From positions 319,904 to 383,903 of the forward strand of contig CAZNPE010000001.1 of the NCBI GenBank assembly GCA_964575275.1: a stretch of DNA of 64,000 nt, read 5' to 3'. The notes below the pieces were generated by a model, which did no database searches, was not told where the DNA came from, and saw nothing but the letters and a program-made list of their open reading frames with translations. This DNA comes from an uncultured Candidatus Peribacteria bacterium. GTDB lineage: Bacteria > Patescibacteriota > Gracilibacteria > Peribacterales > Peribacteraceae. How positions within the stretch are numbered: position 1 is the first letter of the stretch; each line of letters opens with the position of its first letter. Shown one piece after another: positions 52,881-61,554 of the stretch. The position numbers and the translations under genes are program-made.

Positions 52881-53975
52881 TTAGAAGCCGCGCTTCCACT
52901 TTCGGAGAACCTCGAAGACATATGTCAGCCAGTACGTGGATGTCACCGGGATGTCGATACAGTGCATGAGGTTGTGCACTTCACCGCCAAAACCTGTTTT
53001 GAAGAGCGTGACTCCGGCAAATGGGTGACTCTTATCGACGACTGGCTTCTCCGGGTCTGTTGGATTGGGCTTACTCGGTGCGATGCCCCAGAAATTGTAG
53101 ATCTTATCGCCACGTTTGAGAGCATCCTTGATGGCAGTCCATTGGAGCAAGTAGCTCGCCGGCACCTTGGAATGTGCACTGGAGCTTGCGCCATGGTGGT
53201 AGCTCGTTTCGCCGAAGGGGTGCATGTGTACCGAGGCGGCAATCACCGCACCCTGGAAGTCTGCCAAGTACACAGTGCACTCGTTCTTGGCCGCAAAATG
53301 TTTCACCTGGAGACGGAAGAACTCATTCGTGTAGGGCGTGAACTTGTGACGCTTCCTCGTCTCGTCATGGAGTGCGATGAAGTGCTCTAGGTCGTTCACA
53401 GGGTCAGTGGACGCTGTAATTGTCACGCCATCGCGCTCGGCACGGCGGACAAGGTTACGCGTTGTCTTGCGCATATTGGCAAGGATTTCGTCTTCTTTCT
53501 TCGCACTGCCATCGGTGTTCTTGAGGGGTAAGTACCAGACATGCTCGGCAAGGAGGTGGAGCGGAGAAGTGACCGAACGGATCGATGCTTTCTTCAGTCC
53601 ATGAATGAGCGATGTTCCATCTGCCTCACTCAAGAACGGACTCATGCGGATGAAACTACAGCCATGCTCTCTCGCAACCTCTTTGAGCTTTGCGAAGAGT
53701 GCTGGCAAAAGCACATCGAAATCGGCAGGCGTCAGCGTCTCGTCGAAAAGCGGGCCGTAGGGGATAGAAAGATGTTTACCGCGCTTGGCGTCGACAATAT
53801 GGCCAAAGCACACCGCGCGAATGCCCTTCGCATCCTGAGCGACTAAACGGACAGGCGGCTGTCGAAGATCGTTATAGACATCGCCCATCTTCCAGCTTTG
53901 GAGAAATGGGCTCCATGGTTGTGCGGACACGAAGGAATCCCAGGCCGATGAATCGAGAGGGTATGTAATGTTCAT
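52881..53975 (-). CDS. FemAB-family peptidoglycan interpeptide-bridge aminoacyltransferase (FemX-like)
   Basis: Fem-family C-terminal pattern (YHHGASSS...ASYLLQWTAIKDALKRGDKIYNFWGI). The start is set to the ATG at 53975 (MNITY), with TGCTAGTAT 10 nt upstream. Confidence 0.7.
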   Translation of the reverse strand: MNITYPLDSSAWDSFVSAQPWSPFLQSWKMGDVYNDLRQPPVRLVAQDAKGIRAVCFGHIVDAKRGKHLSIPYGPLFDETLTPADFDVLLPALFAKLKEVAREHGCSFIRMSPFLSEADGTSLIHGLKKASIRSVTSPLHLLAEHVWYLPLKNTDGSAKKEDEILANMRKTTRNLVRRAERDGVTITASTDPVNDLEHFIALHDETRKRHKFTPYTNEFFRLQVKHFAAKNECTVYLADFQGAVIAASVHMHPFGETSYHHGASSSAHSKVPASYLLQWTAIKDALKRGDKIYNFWGIAPSKPNPTDPEKPVVDKSHPFAGVTLFKTGFGGEVHNLMHCIDIPVTSTYWLTYVFEVLRKWKRGF

Positions 53976-54013
53976 TTCGCTCACCATACTAGCAGAGGCG
54001 GTGCGTAAGAATC

Positions 54014-54084
54014 TGGAATATACGAATATGGAATTTAGAGCATGAAAAAGCATTCTATATTCCAAATTCTGCATTCTATATTCT
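54014..54084. repeat. Palindromic element built from GGAAT/ATTCT words
   Basis: tggaatata (54014..54022) pairs with tatattcca (54056..54064). ctgcattctatattct (54069..54084) is the reverse complement of 47984..47999. The right end overlaps the last codons and stop of the DegT-like gene. Confidence 0.6.
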
Positions 54085-55323
54085 CAGCAATTCATCGATT
54101 TTCCTCACCAAACGCTCTGCTTGGTACACCGTCATCGTTGGGTGTGTAGGCAAAGAGAAGATTTGTTCGCTCGCGGCTTCGGCTTTTGGGTCTGAACCGG
54201 CGTGATAGTCAGCCTCAGACAGATCGACGCCTTCGGGGCAGATGACACACCCAGTCCAGCCATCATCTAAATGAATGTTGTCTTTCTTTAACAGCGCACG
54301 CTTTTTCTTTGCATCATGGACGAAGAGTGGGAACTTCTGGAGTGGCATCGATGCAGAAACTCCTTTTAGCATTGGCCACCGATGCTTCTCGCCATGACGG
54401 ATGTAATACAGCGTCAGCATGCGACGATGCTCATTGAGCTGTTCAAGCTTGGAGAGGGAGTACAACGCGAGCGCAGCACATGCGTTAGGAAGTTTGTGCA
54501 GGATAGGCACCATAGCGCCTTTTTTCTCCTTTGCAGTCAGCACTGGTGTCATAAGGCCGAGCATGTTCATGGTTTTAACCACTGGCCGGAAGACTGCCGG
54601 CACCCCGGACAATCGACGAACGATGGAGTACATGCGCGATGGGTACTCCAGAAGCTTGGCAACTTCCCACCATGAACGATGCACGGCAGTTCGTTCCAGC
54701 TCGACAAGCGCTTTGGCGAGGTACGGATCGCGTGCGATAACACCTCCGCCAGACACTCCAGAAATGGCTTTATCGCGACCAAAGCTCACGATGAGTGCAT
54801 CACCGTATTTGCCGATTTCGCAGGGAACTTTGGCATCAGGAATCACATGCGCCATATCTTCGATCAGTGCCAAATGATGCTTGTCACAGATTTCACGCAG
54901 ACGCTTCACATTCGCAGGAATTCCGAACGTGTGTTGGCAGATGATGGCACGCGTGCGAGGCGTGATGAGTGCTGCCACGGTATCGGTATCAATATTGAGA
55001 GTCTCCCGATGGATGTCAGCGTAGATAGGCACGGCGCCCGCAGCATGGATAGCGTTTGGAACGACGACGCAGGTATAGCCTTGGATGATAACTTCTTCAC
55101 CAGCCGAAACCTTGAGAGCCTTGAGGACAGCAAAGATCGATTCTCGTCCCGAAGAGAACAGGATCGGCTCACCTTTCAGTCGTTCGCGTAGCGCATGCTT
55201 CAGGCCAACGGACGATGACCCGCGCACGTACTTCCATGGGATGTACGATTGCCAGAGCGTTCGTAGCAAGTACGATCTATCGACGTGGGGCCCAAAGGTG
55301 TGGTGAATGGGGGTGAGGTTCAC
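54076..55323 (-). CDS. DegT/DnrJ/EryC1/StrS-family PLP-dependent aminotransferase
   Basis: ILFSSGRESIFAVLKAL..., IIQGYTCVVVPNAI and SFGRDKAISG (Lys for PLP). The start is tentatively GTG at 55323, 4 nt after the murF-like stop, because the ORF-track start overlaps the upstream gene. Confidence 0.7.
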   Translation of the reverse strand: MNLTPIHHTFGPHVDRSYLLRTLWQSYIPWKYVRGSSSVGLKHALRERLKGEPILFSSGRESIFAVLKALKVSAGEEVIIQGYTCVVVPNAIHAAGAVPIYADIHRETLNIDTDTVAALITPRTRAIICQHTFGIPANVKRLREICDKHHLALIEDMAHVIPDAKVPCEIGKYGDALIVSFGRDKAISGVSGGGVIARDPYLAKALVELERTAVHRSWWEVAKLLEYPSRMYSIVRRLSGVPAVFRPVVKTMNMLGLMTPVLTAKEKKGAMVPILHKLPNACAALALYSLSKLEQLNEHRRMLTLYYIRHGEKHRWPMLKGVSASMPLQKFPLFVHDAKKKRALLKKDNIHLDDGWTGCVICPEGVDLSEADYHAGSDPKAEAASEQIFSLPTHPTMTVYQAERLVRKIDELLRI

Positions 55324-55327
55324 GTAG

Positions 55328-56902
55328 TTACGGAAGGAATCGATTGATGATCGATTGTGGCATACGGCCAATGCAGGCGAGCAGACTTCCTGCTGACACA
55401 GGCTCTTTCGATGCTGAGACGAGCATTGCCCTCTCGCCGAAGCCACCATGGCGGAAGTAGCCGAGGAATCGAGGGTGAACTATGTAGGCCTTTTGAAACA
55501 CTTCTGAAGCCAGGCGGGCAAGTTGTACGTGGCTACTTTCCTCCTCTTTCCCAAGTTCGATAATGCCATCGAACACAAGGACTTTCTGCTTCTGTGGCTG
55601 ACGACGCGCCCACTCGATGGCTGCTTCCACACTAGCTGGGCTGGAGTTGTACGTGTCATCGAGCACGGTCACAGAGCCAACCGTCTTCACGTTGAACGTG
55701 TGTGCCATGGGTGTGAATGTCTTCACCGCCTGGACGATCTCTTTCACAGGGACGCCTACTTTCTGCGCTGCGGCAATCGCGAGGAGCACGCTTGTGATGG
55801 TGTGCGTACCAAAGAGCGGAACATCGAAGGTGGTATCCAGCGCCTTGAAGCGAATACCAGTCGATGTTTCCTCCAGATCAAATGCGTGGATATCAGCATC
55901 ATTGCCTGTGCCAACCGACGTGACTTTGCACTGACAGCGTTTCACGAGCGCGGCGTAGGCGTCATTGTCCCTATTGGCGAATGCGTGGCCATTCCTCGGA
56001 AGTGAGGCAAAGAGTTCGCCTTTTCCTTCGATGATCGCCTCGCGACTGCCGAAGAGCGAGATGTGCTGCGTGCCAACGTACGTGATGATGCCCATCGTCG
56101 GCTGTGCTATAGAGCAGAGGAGTGCGATCTCGCCCTTGCGGTAGGCGCCCATCTCTACGATGACTGTTTTTGTGGAATCTTCCGGAAGATCTTTCAGAAC
56201 AGTCGAAAGCCAGCGAGCAACACCCATCTCCGTATTCACGTGGGCTGGTGTCGCAATCGCACCACGCACTTTCAGAATATGAGCGAGGAGTTCTTTTGTC
56301 GTCGTCTTTCCGACGCTTCCGGTAATACCAATGACTGTGAGATTTTGTAATCGTGCCCGAGCAGCACGGCCACGAGCGAGCGTGCGCATTTTGAGGAATC
56401 GATCGATTGGCCAGAAGAGAAGCCATGTTAAAGCGAAGATGATTGGTTGCAGGACAGGCAAGAAAAGAATCATCATTTCGGATGTCTTTTTCCATGCTGG
56501 TAGGCTGTCCGCTACAAAGACGAGAGTAAGAGCCGTAAAGGCTGTCAGACACATTGTGGCAAGTACCAAGACGACAGCTTTCTGTGTACCCACTGGCATT
56601 GGCTGCTTCTTGAGTCCGATCTGAGCAATGCTTACGCCTGCGAGAATAAGGAGCGCGATGAGAAGCAGGGGCGACGTCTGGAAAATCTTTTCGCTGATCG
56701 GACTGATGACAAAGAAGAACAAGGTAATGCCCGGGCGAATCGTGCCAAAAATTTGTCGAAACCATCCATTCTCACGAATATGTTCGCGGAGCCTATCGAT
56801 TCTCCATTCCTTGAGTTGCCAAAGATTGGCAAAGGTGAGGAGTGGCGATGCCGACGCAATGAGGGTCAGCAGTCCGTACAGGAGGGCGTAGAGAACAATC
56901 AT
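55328..56902 (-). CDS. murF: Mur ligase (MurF-like) with N-terminal ~170-aa transmembrane domain
   Basis: VIGITGSVGKTTTKELLAHIL plus the central and C-terminal Mur ligase domains. The first ~170 aa form about 5 hydrophobic helices instead of the usual MurF N-domain. Confidence 0.7.
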   Translation of the reverse strand: MIVLYALLYGLLTLIASASPLLTFANLWQLKEWRIDRLREHIRENGWFRQIFGTIRPGITLFFFVISPISEKIFQTSPLLLIALLILAGVSIAQIGLKKQPMPVGTQKAVVLVLATMCLTAFTALTLVFVADSLPAWKKTSEMMILFLPVLQPIIFALTWLLFWPIDRFLKMRTLARGRAARARLQNLTVIGITGSVGKTTTKELLAHILKVRGAIATPAHVNTEMGVARWLSTVLKDLPEDSTKTVIVEMGAYRKGEIALLCSIAQPTMGIITYVGTQHISLFGSREAIIEGKGELFASLPRNGHAFANRDNDAYAALVKRCQCKVTSVGTGNDADIHAFDLEETSTGIRFKALDTTFDVPLFGTHTITSVLLAIAAAQKVGVPVKEIVQAVKTFTPMAHTFNVKTVGSVTVLDDTYNSSPASVEAAIEWARRQPQKQKVLVFDGIIELGKEEESSHVQLARLASEVFQKAYIVHPRFLGYFRHGGFGERAMLVSASKEPVSAGSLLACIGRMPQSIINRFLP

Positions 56903-57642
56903 GCTGTCCCTATTCTACCTCGAATCACTTCCGCAATCTCCTGTGCTTTATCGCGGTGTACACGGTGTCTAACGCCATCATACGAGTGGAGGATGCTTCC
57001 TGCGATTTCCTTGTTCATGATGAGTGCGTCGCTGTACGGAGTCATGGCATCGTCTTTGCCCCAGAAGAGGTCGGTCGGGATTCGAATGTCTTTGAGGAGC
57101 GGACGAAGATCTTCGGCACTCACTTTGATGAGTGTCTGCTGCATGACAGGACTTGCTTGCTCGTAGTCGTGAACACGAACGAGTTTGTAGAGGAGTGTCT
57201 TACCGAGGGGTGCGAGTGCACGGAGTCCAGGGATAGAAAGGAAAAATTTCCCGAGCTTCGCGAGCGTGAGTCCAATGATGCGCTTGAAGTGCCTCGGATG
57301 GCGGATGCCGGCTGCGGCACAGAGATACAGATGATCGATCTTGAACGGAAGTTTGCCCTCTGCCTGGCGCTTAGCAAGTTTGATAGAGATGCGTCCGCCA
57401 TGGGAATGACCAATGATGGAGAGCTGCGCATCGGTGAGATTACAGTTCTTGGAAATGTACTCGACAAACCACGTCGCGTAGTCATCCACTGTCCATGGAG
57501 TTTTTGGCTCTGGTTCTGCTCCAAATCCTGGGAGATCAGGAATGAAGAGTGCGATGTCGCTATTTTTCAGTGCCTCGGAGAGTTCAGTGAACGACTCTTT
57601 GGAACCACCCCAGCCATGAAGACACACAAGCACATGTTTCAT
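56899..57642 (-). CDS. Alpha/beta-fold hydrolase
   Basis: VCLHGWGGS and the nucleophile elbow GHSHGG. It has an ATGA overlap with the downstream murF-like gene. Confidence 0.75.
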   Translation of the reverse strand: MKHVLVCLHGWGGSKESFTELSEALKNSDIALFIPDLPGFGAEPEPKTPWTVDDYATWFVEYISKNCNLTDAQLSIIGHSHGGRISIKLAKRQAEGKLPFKIDHLYLCAAAGIRHPRHFKRIIGLTLAKLGKFFLSIPGLRALAPLGKTLLYKLVRVHDYEQASPVMQQTLIKVSAEDLRPLLKDIRIPTDLFWGKDDAMTPYSDALIMNKEIAGSILHSYDGVRHRVHRDKAQEIAEVIRGRIGTA

Positions 57643-57711
57643 GCTGCTATCATAGCGTGTTTTTGGTCTTCAGGTTGATCTTCTTGCGGTCATCCGTTTC
57701 ACTATGCGCTC

Positions 57712-58608
57712 ATGCGAAAGACAACGTCCAGCGGCATGTGGTTCGCCATTGTCTCCGGCTTACTCTGGTCACTCTTTCCGGTGATCGCGACGATGTCGTT
57801 CCACGATATCTCGCCACTTGCGGCTGCTGCGTTCACCACAATTTCTGCGACGATATTCTTTGGTATCGTCGTCACGACAAAAGGGGAGTGGCATGTGCCA
57901 TCGAAGCAGACGATGAAGCACATCGCCATCGCGTGCGTCCTGCTTGGAATCTGTTACTACGTCTGTATCTATATTGGCTTAAGCCAGACAACGCCGGGCA
58001 ACTCAGCAATCATTGGGCTTTCGGAAATCTTCTTCTCGTACCTCTTCTTAAGTGTCCTCAAGAAGCATGAACGTCTCGTTCGTAATCACGTTATTGGTTC
58101 TGTTTTGATGGTCGCCGGTGTTCTCTTTGTTCTCATTCCTTCTGCCGGTGAATTTCATAGAGGCGATTTCATTATTCTCCTCGGGAGCATGTTCCCGCCC
58201 TTTGGAAACCTAGCGATGCAGCGAGCACGCAAAGAAGTCAGTAGCTCTTTCATTATGTTCTGGCGATCATTCGCCGGAAGCATTGCGATGATCATTCTCA
58301 TGTTTGCTTTTGATGGAGCCGCGTCACTGGCATCCATCAAACTCTCGCTCCCAAGCATTCTCTTCTGCGGATTTGTGCTCATGGGCTTTAGCAAGATTTT
58401 GTGGATCGAAGCGATTCACCGACTCCCAATCACGCAGACGATTTCTATCGTCAGTATTCAGCCTCTCTTCACACTCTTCTTTGCGTATCTCTTCTTAAGC
58501 CAGCAGCCAGAGTGGACGCAGCTCCTCAGTCTCCCGCCGCTCGCACTCGGAATGTATCTGCTCACAAAAAAGAGAGGAGTAGAGAAGGAGGCTTTAGAGG
58601 AGGTATAG
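57712..58608 (+). CDS. EamA/DMT-family transporter
   Basis: Ten-TM pattern with two EamA-like halves. CACTAT sits 6 nt upstream of the ATG. Confidence 0.75.
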   Translation: MRKTTSSGMWFAIVSGLLWSLFPVIATMSFHDISPLAAAAFTTISATIFFGIVVTTKGEWHVPSKQTMKHIAIACVLLGICYYVCIYIGLSQTTPGNSAIIGLSEIFFSYLFLSVLKKHERLVRNHVIGSVLMVAGVLFVLIPSAGEFHRGDFIILLGSMFPPFGNLAMQRARKEVSSSFIMFWRSFAGSIAMIILMFAFDGAASLASIKLSLPSILFCGFVLMGFSKILWIEAIHRLPITQTISIVSIQPLFTLFFAYLFLSQQPEWTQLLSLPPLALGMYLLTKKRGVEKEALEEV

Positions 58609-58627
58609 GACTTCCGTTGCGACCATT

Positions 58628-58650
58628 TTTACTGCATAATCTGCGGGCTT
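58628..58650 (+). promoter_or_regulatory. tRNA promoter block TTTACTGCATAATCTGCGGGCTT
   Basis: The first 15 nt are identical to 20704..20718. The -10 CATAAT ends 18 nt before the tRNA 5' end. Confidence 0.55.
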
Positions 58651-58658
58651 TGATCTGT

Positions 58659-58734
58659 GTCACGGTAGCTCAGTTGGTAGAGCATGGGACTCATAAGCCC
58701 AGGGTCGCCGGTTCAATCCCGGCCCGTGACACCA
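58659..58734 (+). tRNA. tRNA with CAT anticodon (elongator Met or Ile2-lysidine type), CCA encoded
   Basis: GTCACGG/TA/GCTC-AGTTGGTA-GAGC/A/TGGGA-CTCATAA-GCCCA/GGGTC/GCCGG-TTCAATC-CCGGC/CCGTGAC-A-CCA. The G1-C72 pair argues against an initiator. There is an A31/G39 mismatch in the anticodon stem. Confidence 0.85.
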
Positions 58735-58762
58735 TTTCCAATTTTCTGTTCAGCTCGCACCC

Positions 58763-59374
58763 ATGAAGCGTACTTTTGTCTCTCTCGTGGCGATCGGTGT
58801 CGCGCTTTTTGGTGCGTGGAAGTTCAATCACACGCCAACCAAGAATCCTGACCCCAATCACACGCACGCCGATTTTGCGGTATGGGTCAATAATCAGAAG
58901 CTCGATTTCTCGGGGGCGGAATTTATGTCGGGCCTTTCCACCGATGACACCACGCACGATGAGGAAGACGAGTATCACGATAAGTATTTGCACCTGCACG
59001 ACGGCATCGGATACGTCATTCATCGTCACAAGCCTGGCTTAACTGTCCAGGAGTTCTTTCAGAGCATTCAGGTCGCATTCCAGGAGAAGTGTGTGACCTC
59101 CTCGCTCATGTCTCAGGGCCACCAGAAGTTCTGTGGCGATATGCCTTTCCGCCTCTTTGTGAATGGCGAGGAGAAGGCATTCGACTTGTCCTATGTTTTT
59201 GAAGATATGGATCATATCCTCATAACCAATGCATCGGACGATGCCATGATGAAAGTGCAGATTGGTCAGATGACCGACGATGCATGTAAGTACTCCAAGA
59301 CATGTCCATGGAAAGGCGATCCTCCAACGGAGAACTGCATCGCAGACCCGGAAGTTCCGTGCGTTGTTCAGTAG
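58763..59374 (+). CDS. Membrane-anchored His-rich hypothetical protein
   Basis: N-terminal TM helix, then His/Asp-rich segments (NPDPNHTHADF and THDEEDEYHDKYLHLHDGIGYVIHRH) and C-terminal Cys residues. Confidence 0.55.
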   Translation: MKRTFVSLVAIGVALFGAWKFNHTPTKNPDPNHTHADFAVWVNNQKLDFSGAEFMSGLSTDDTTHDEEDEYHDKYLHLHDGIGYVIHRHKPGLTVQEFFQSIQVAFQEKCVTSSLMSQGHQKFCGDMPFRLFVNGEEKAFDLSYVFEDMDHILITNASDDAMMKVQIGQMTDDACKYSKTCPWKGDPPTENCIADPEVPCVVQ

Positions 59375-59409
59375 TTATCCGGCTTCGCCTCTGAGGCTAC
59401 GCCGAGATT

Positions 59410-60576
59410 TCACGATTGAACCTTCACGTCTGCGCGGTACATGCCCATAGAACAGGTGAATGCGAAGTCTCGCGTTGGGACAATTGGACCAATCCAGTTT
59501 TCACCTTTTGCAATGGACTTACTGATGTTGTAGGTAGGAATAGCGATGGAGGAAAGGCAGCCCGAAACATTATTCTCCAGTGTTGCGTAAATCCATGTCG
59601 GGATATTTGGCTGAATGGTAAAGAGATACTTGCTATACCCTCGCTCATCTACTGCGACACTGATGACCTGCTGACCATTTTTGTCGATGGTGACAGCAGG
59701 ATCTGCCGTTGTGCTTGCTTGAGAATGGAAGGATGGGAACGAGAGAGGGTGCCCTGCAAGGAGTAAGCCGCTCTGGAAGTTTGTGATTCCAAGCAGAAGT
59801 GACACGCAGCCAGCGAAGGTGATAAACAACTTTCCTGCCTTGCCTTCCAGTACAGCACTGACGACGCTTATACCAAGAAGAGAGGGGAGAGTCCCCAGTG
59901 CAAAAACCACCATGATGAGTCCGCCAGCGGTAAAACTTCCCGATCCAAGGGCTAAAAGTTGCATGGATTGAGTAAAGCCGCAGGGGATGAAGAATGTGAT
60001 GGCCCCCAAAATCATTGCACCAAAACTGCTGCCAGAATTACTCAAGTCGTGGATGCGACGTTGCACACTCTGTGGTAGTGGCATCCGACATAGTTTTTTT
60101 GGAATGAGTCGCAGAATATTGAGTCCCAGAACGATCATCACAATAGACAAGGCGATTTTCACGTAGCCTGTTGTCTGTACGCTGAGGAGAAGGCTCTTGC
60201 CGATGAGTCCCGTGAGACCTCCAAACACAAAATAGCCAGCAAGTCGTCCTACATTGAAGTACGCGAGGGGCGCGAGTTTTTCCAGCCGCGTTGCGTTTGG
60301 ATTACTCTCCGCCCATTTCGCTGAAACCGACAGGAGAAGCCCTCCCACCATTGCTAAGCAGCTACTAACGGATGCAGTGATGCCGATGAAGAAGATAGTT
60401 CCCAGTCCAACGATTTCCTCTGTAGTATCTGCAAAGGAAAAGATCCCGAAATAATCAGCGATGATATAGAGAGAGATGATGGCAATCATCATGCCGCCGA
60501 TGTCACTCCATCGTACGGTTGTGTCACATGTTGCACAGGAAACATTCTTGATCTGCTTTTTCTGCGTGCGGGGCAT
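59410..60576 (-). CDS. DsbD_2/CcdA-like polytopic membrane protein fused to a C-terminal cupredoxin-like domain
   Basis: TM core with ITASVSSCLAMVGG and FFIPCGFTQSMQ. The C-terminus FAFTCSMGMYRADVKV is typical of the Cupredoxin_1-type domain. Confidence 0.6.
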   Translation of the reverse strand: MPRTQKKQIKNVSCATCDTTVRWSDIGGMMIAIISLYIIADYFGIFSFADTTEEIVGLGTIFFIGITASVSSCLAMVGGLLLSVSAKWAESNPNATRLEKLAPLAYFNVGRLAGYFVFGGLTGLIGKSLLLSVQTTGYVKIALSIVMIVLGLNILRLIPKKLCRMPLPQSVQRRIHDLSNSGSSFGAMILGAITFFIPCGFTQSMQLLALGSGSFTAGGLIMVVFALGTLPSLLGISVVSAVLEGKAGKLFITFAGCVSLLLGITNFQSGLLLAGHPLSFPSFHSQASTTADPAVTIDKNGQQVISVAVDERGYSKYLFTIQPNIPTWIYATLENNVSGCLSSIAIPTYNISKSIAKGENWIGPIVPTRDFAFTCSMGMYRADVKVQS

Positions 60577-60603
60577 GGACGTCAGTATACACCGATCACA
60601 GAA

Positions 60604-60975
60604 TTATCGACGATAAAATTCTTCATCTTCTACATCTTCCATTTGTCCTTTTACATACGGATGCTGAAGGATGATTTCTTGCATTGATCTATATCCAATT
60701 TTTTCACGTGTGGCTTCAATTGTTTCAAGAAGAGTCGCGAGCTGTTTCTCATTCCCTTGTGCCAGTATTTTTGTAAAACGATCGACAGCAAGGTGAACAA
60801 CAGCAAAAAGGCCAATAATCTTTAGCGGGTGCTCCATATTAAGGAGTGCCTGAATTCCCACAGTTACCTCAGCCATGAGGGAAACAGTTCTTACAGCTGC
60901 ATTTAGGATCAGCCCATGCTCCACACTTTCAAAACGTCGCATCGCATCTGACCGATAGAAATCTTTTTCGAGCAT
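60604..60975 (-). CDS. Hypothetical helical protein
   Basis: Only the 123-aa C-terminal part of ORF 60604..61500 is kept (MLEKDFYRSD...). The rest is the antisense shadow of grpE. Confidence 0.4.
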   Translation of the reverse strand: MLEKDFYRSDAMRRFESVEHGLILNAAVRTVSLMAEVTVGIQALLNMEHPLKIIGLFAVVHLAVDRFTKILAQGNEKQLATLLETIEATREKIGYRSMQEIILQHPYVKGQMEDVEDEEFYRR

Positions 60976-61008
60976 AAAAATCTTGGAAATATATGCTATG
61001 CTTTTGCC

Positions 61009-61554
61009 ATGACTAGACCACAAAAATCTCAGGCAAAAGGAGATGATCTTGCCGCGAAAGTACAGGCAGCACAAGCACAGAGCGACCAGACTGCCGTCCT
61101 TCAAAAGCAAATCGACGAACTCACCGAGCAGCTCAAGAAACACGCCGATGTCGCATCGCGTGCGCAGGCCGAACTCCAGAACGTGAAGGCTCGTCTGGAA
61201 CGCGAGGCGTCCGAACTCCGCAAGTACGCATCGGAAGGAACACTCAAGAAGTTCCTCCCAACCATCGACAACATGCAACGTGCCATCAAGCATTTGCCTG
61301 CCGATATTGCCAAGAACGAATGGGTGAAGGGGATTCTGGCACTCGAACAGGAATTCCTCCGTCAGATTGGCGATATGGGCCTCAAGCGTTTTGAATCCGT
61401 TGGTCAGCCATTCGATGCCAATCGTCACGAAGTCCTCATGCAGGGTCCTGGTGCTGCGAATACTGTCACCGAAGTTCTGGAGGAAGGGTACGAACTCCAC
61501 GGCAAAGTCATCCGCCCAGCAAAAGTGAAGGTGGGGGATGGATCCAAAGCTTAG
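61009..61554 (+). CDS. grpE: Nucleotide exchange factor GrpE
   Basis: Coiled-coil N-terminus, then FLPTIDNMQRAI and GQPFDANRHEVL...GYELHGKVIRPAKVKV. TGCTATGCT sits 6 nt upstream of the ATG. Confidence 0.9.
   Translation: MTRPQKSQAKGDDLAAKVQAAQAQSDQTAVLQKQIDELTEQLKKHADVASRAQAELQNVKARLEREASELRKYASEGTLKKFLPTIDNMQRAIKHLPADIAKNEWVKGILALEQEFLRQIGDMGLKRFESVGQPFDANRHEVLMQGPGAANTVTEVLEEGYELHGKVIRPAKVKVGDGSKA

Noticed and set aside
60976-61500. The N-terminal 175 aa of the 298-aa minus-strand ORF 60604..61500.
   Set aside because: This part overlaps the unmistakable grpE coding sequence on the plus strand. Only the non-overlapping 3' part (60604..60975) is retained, as a low-confidence CDS.
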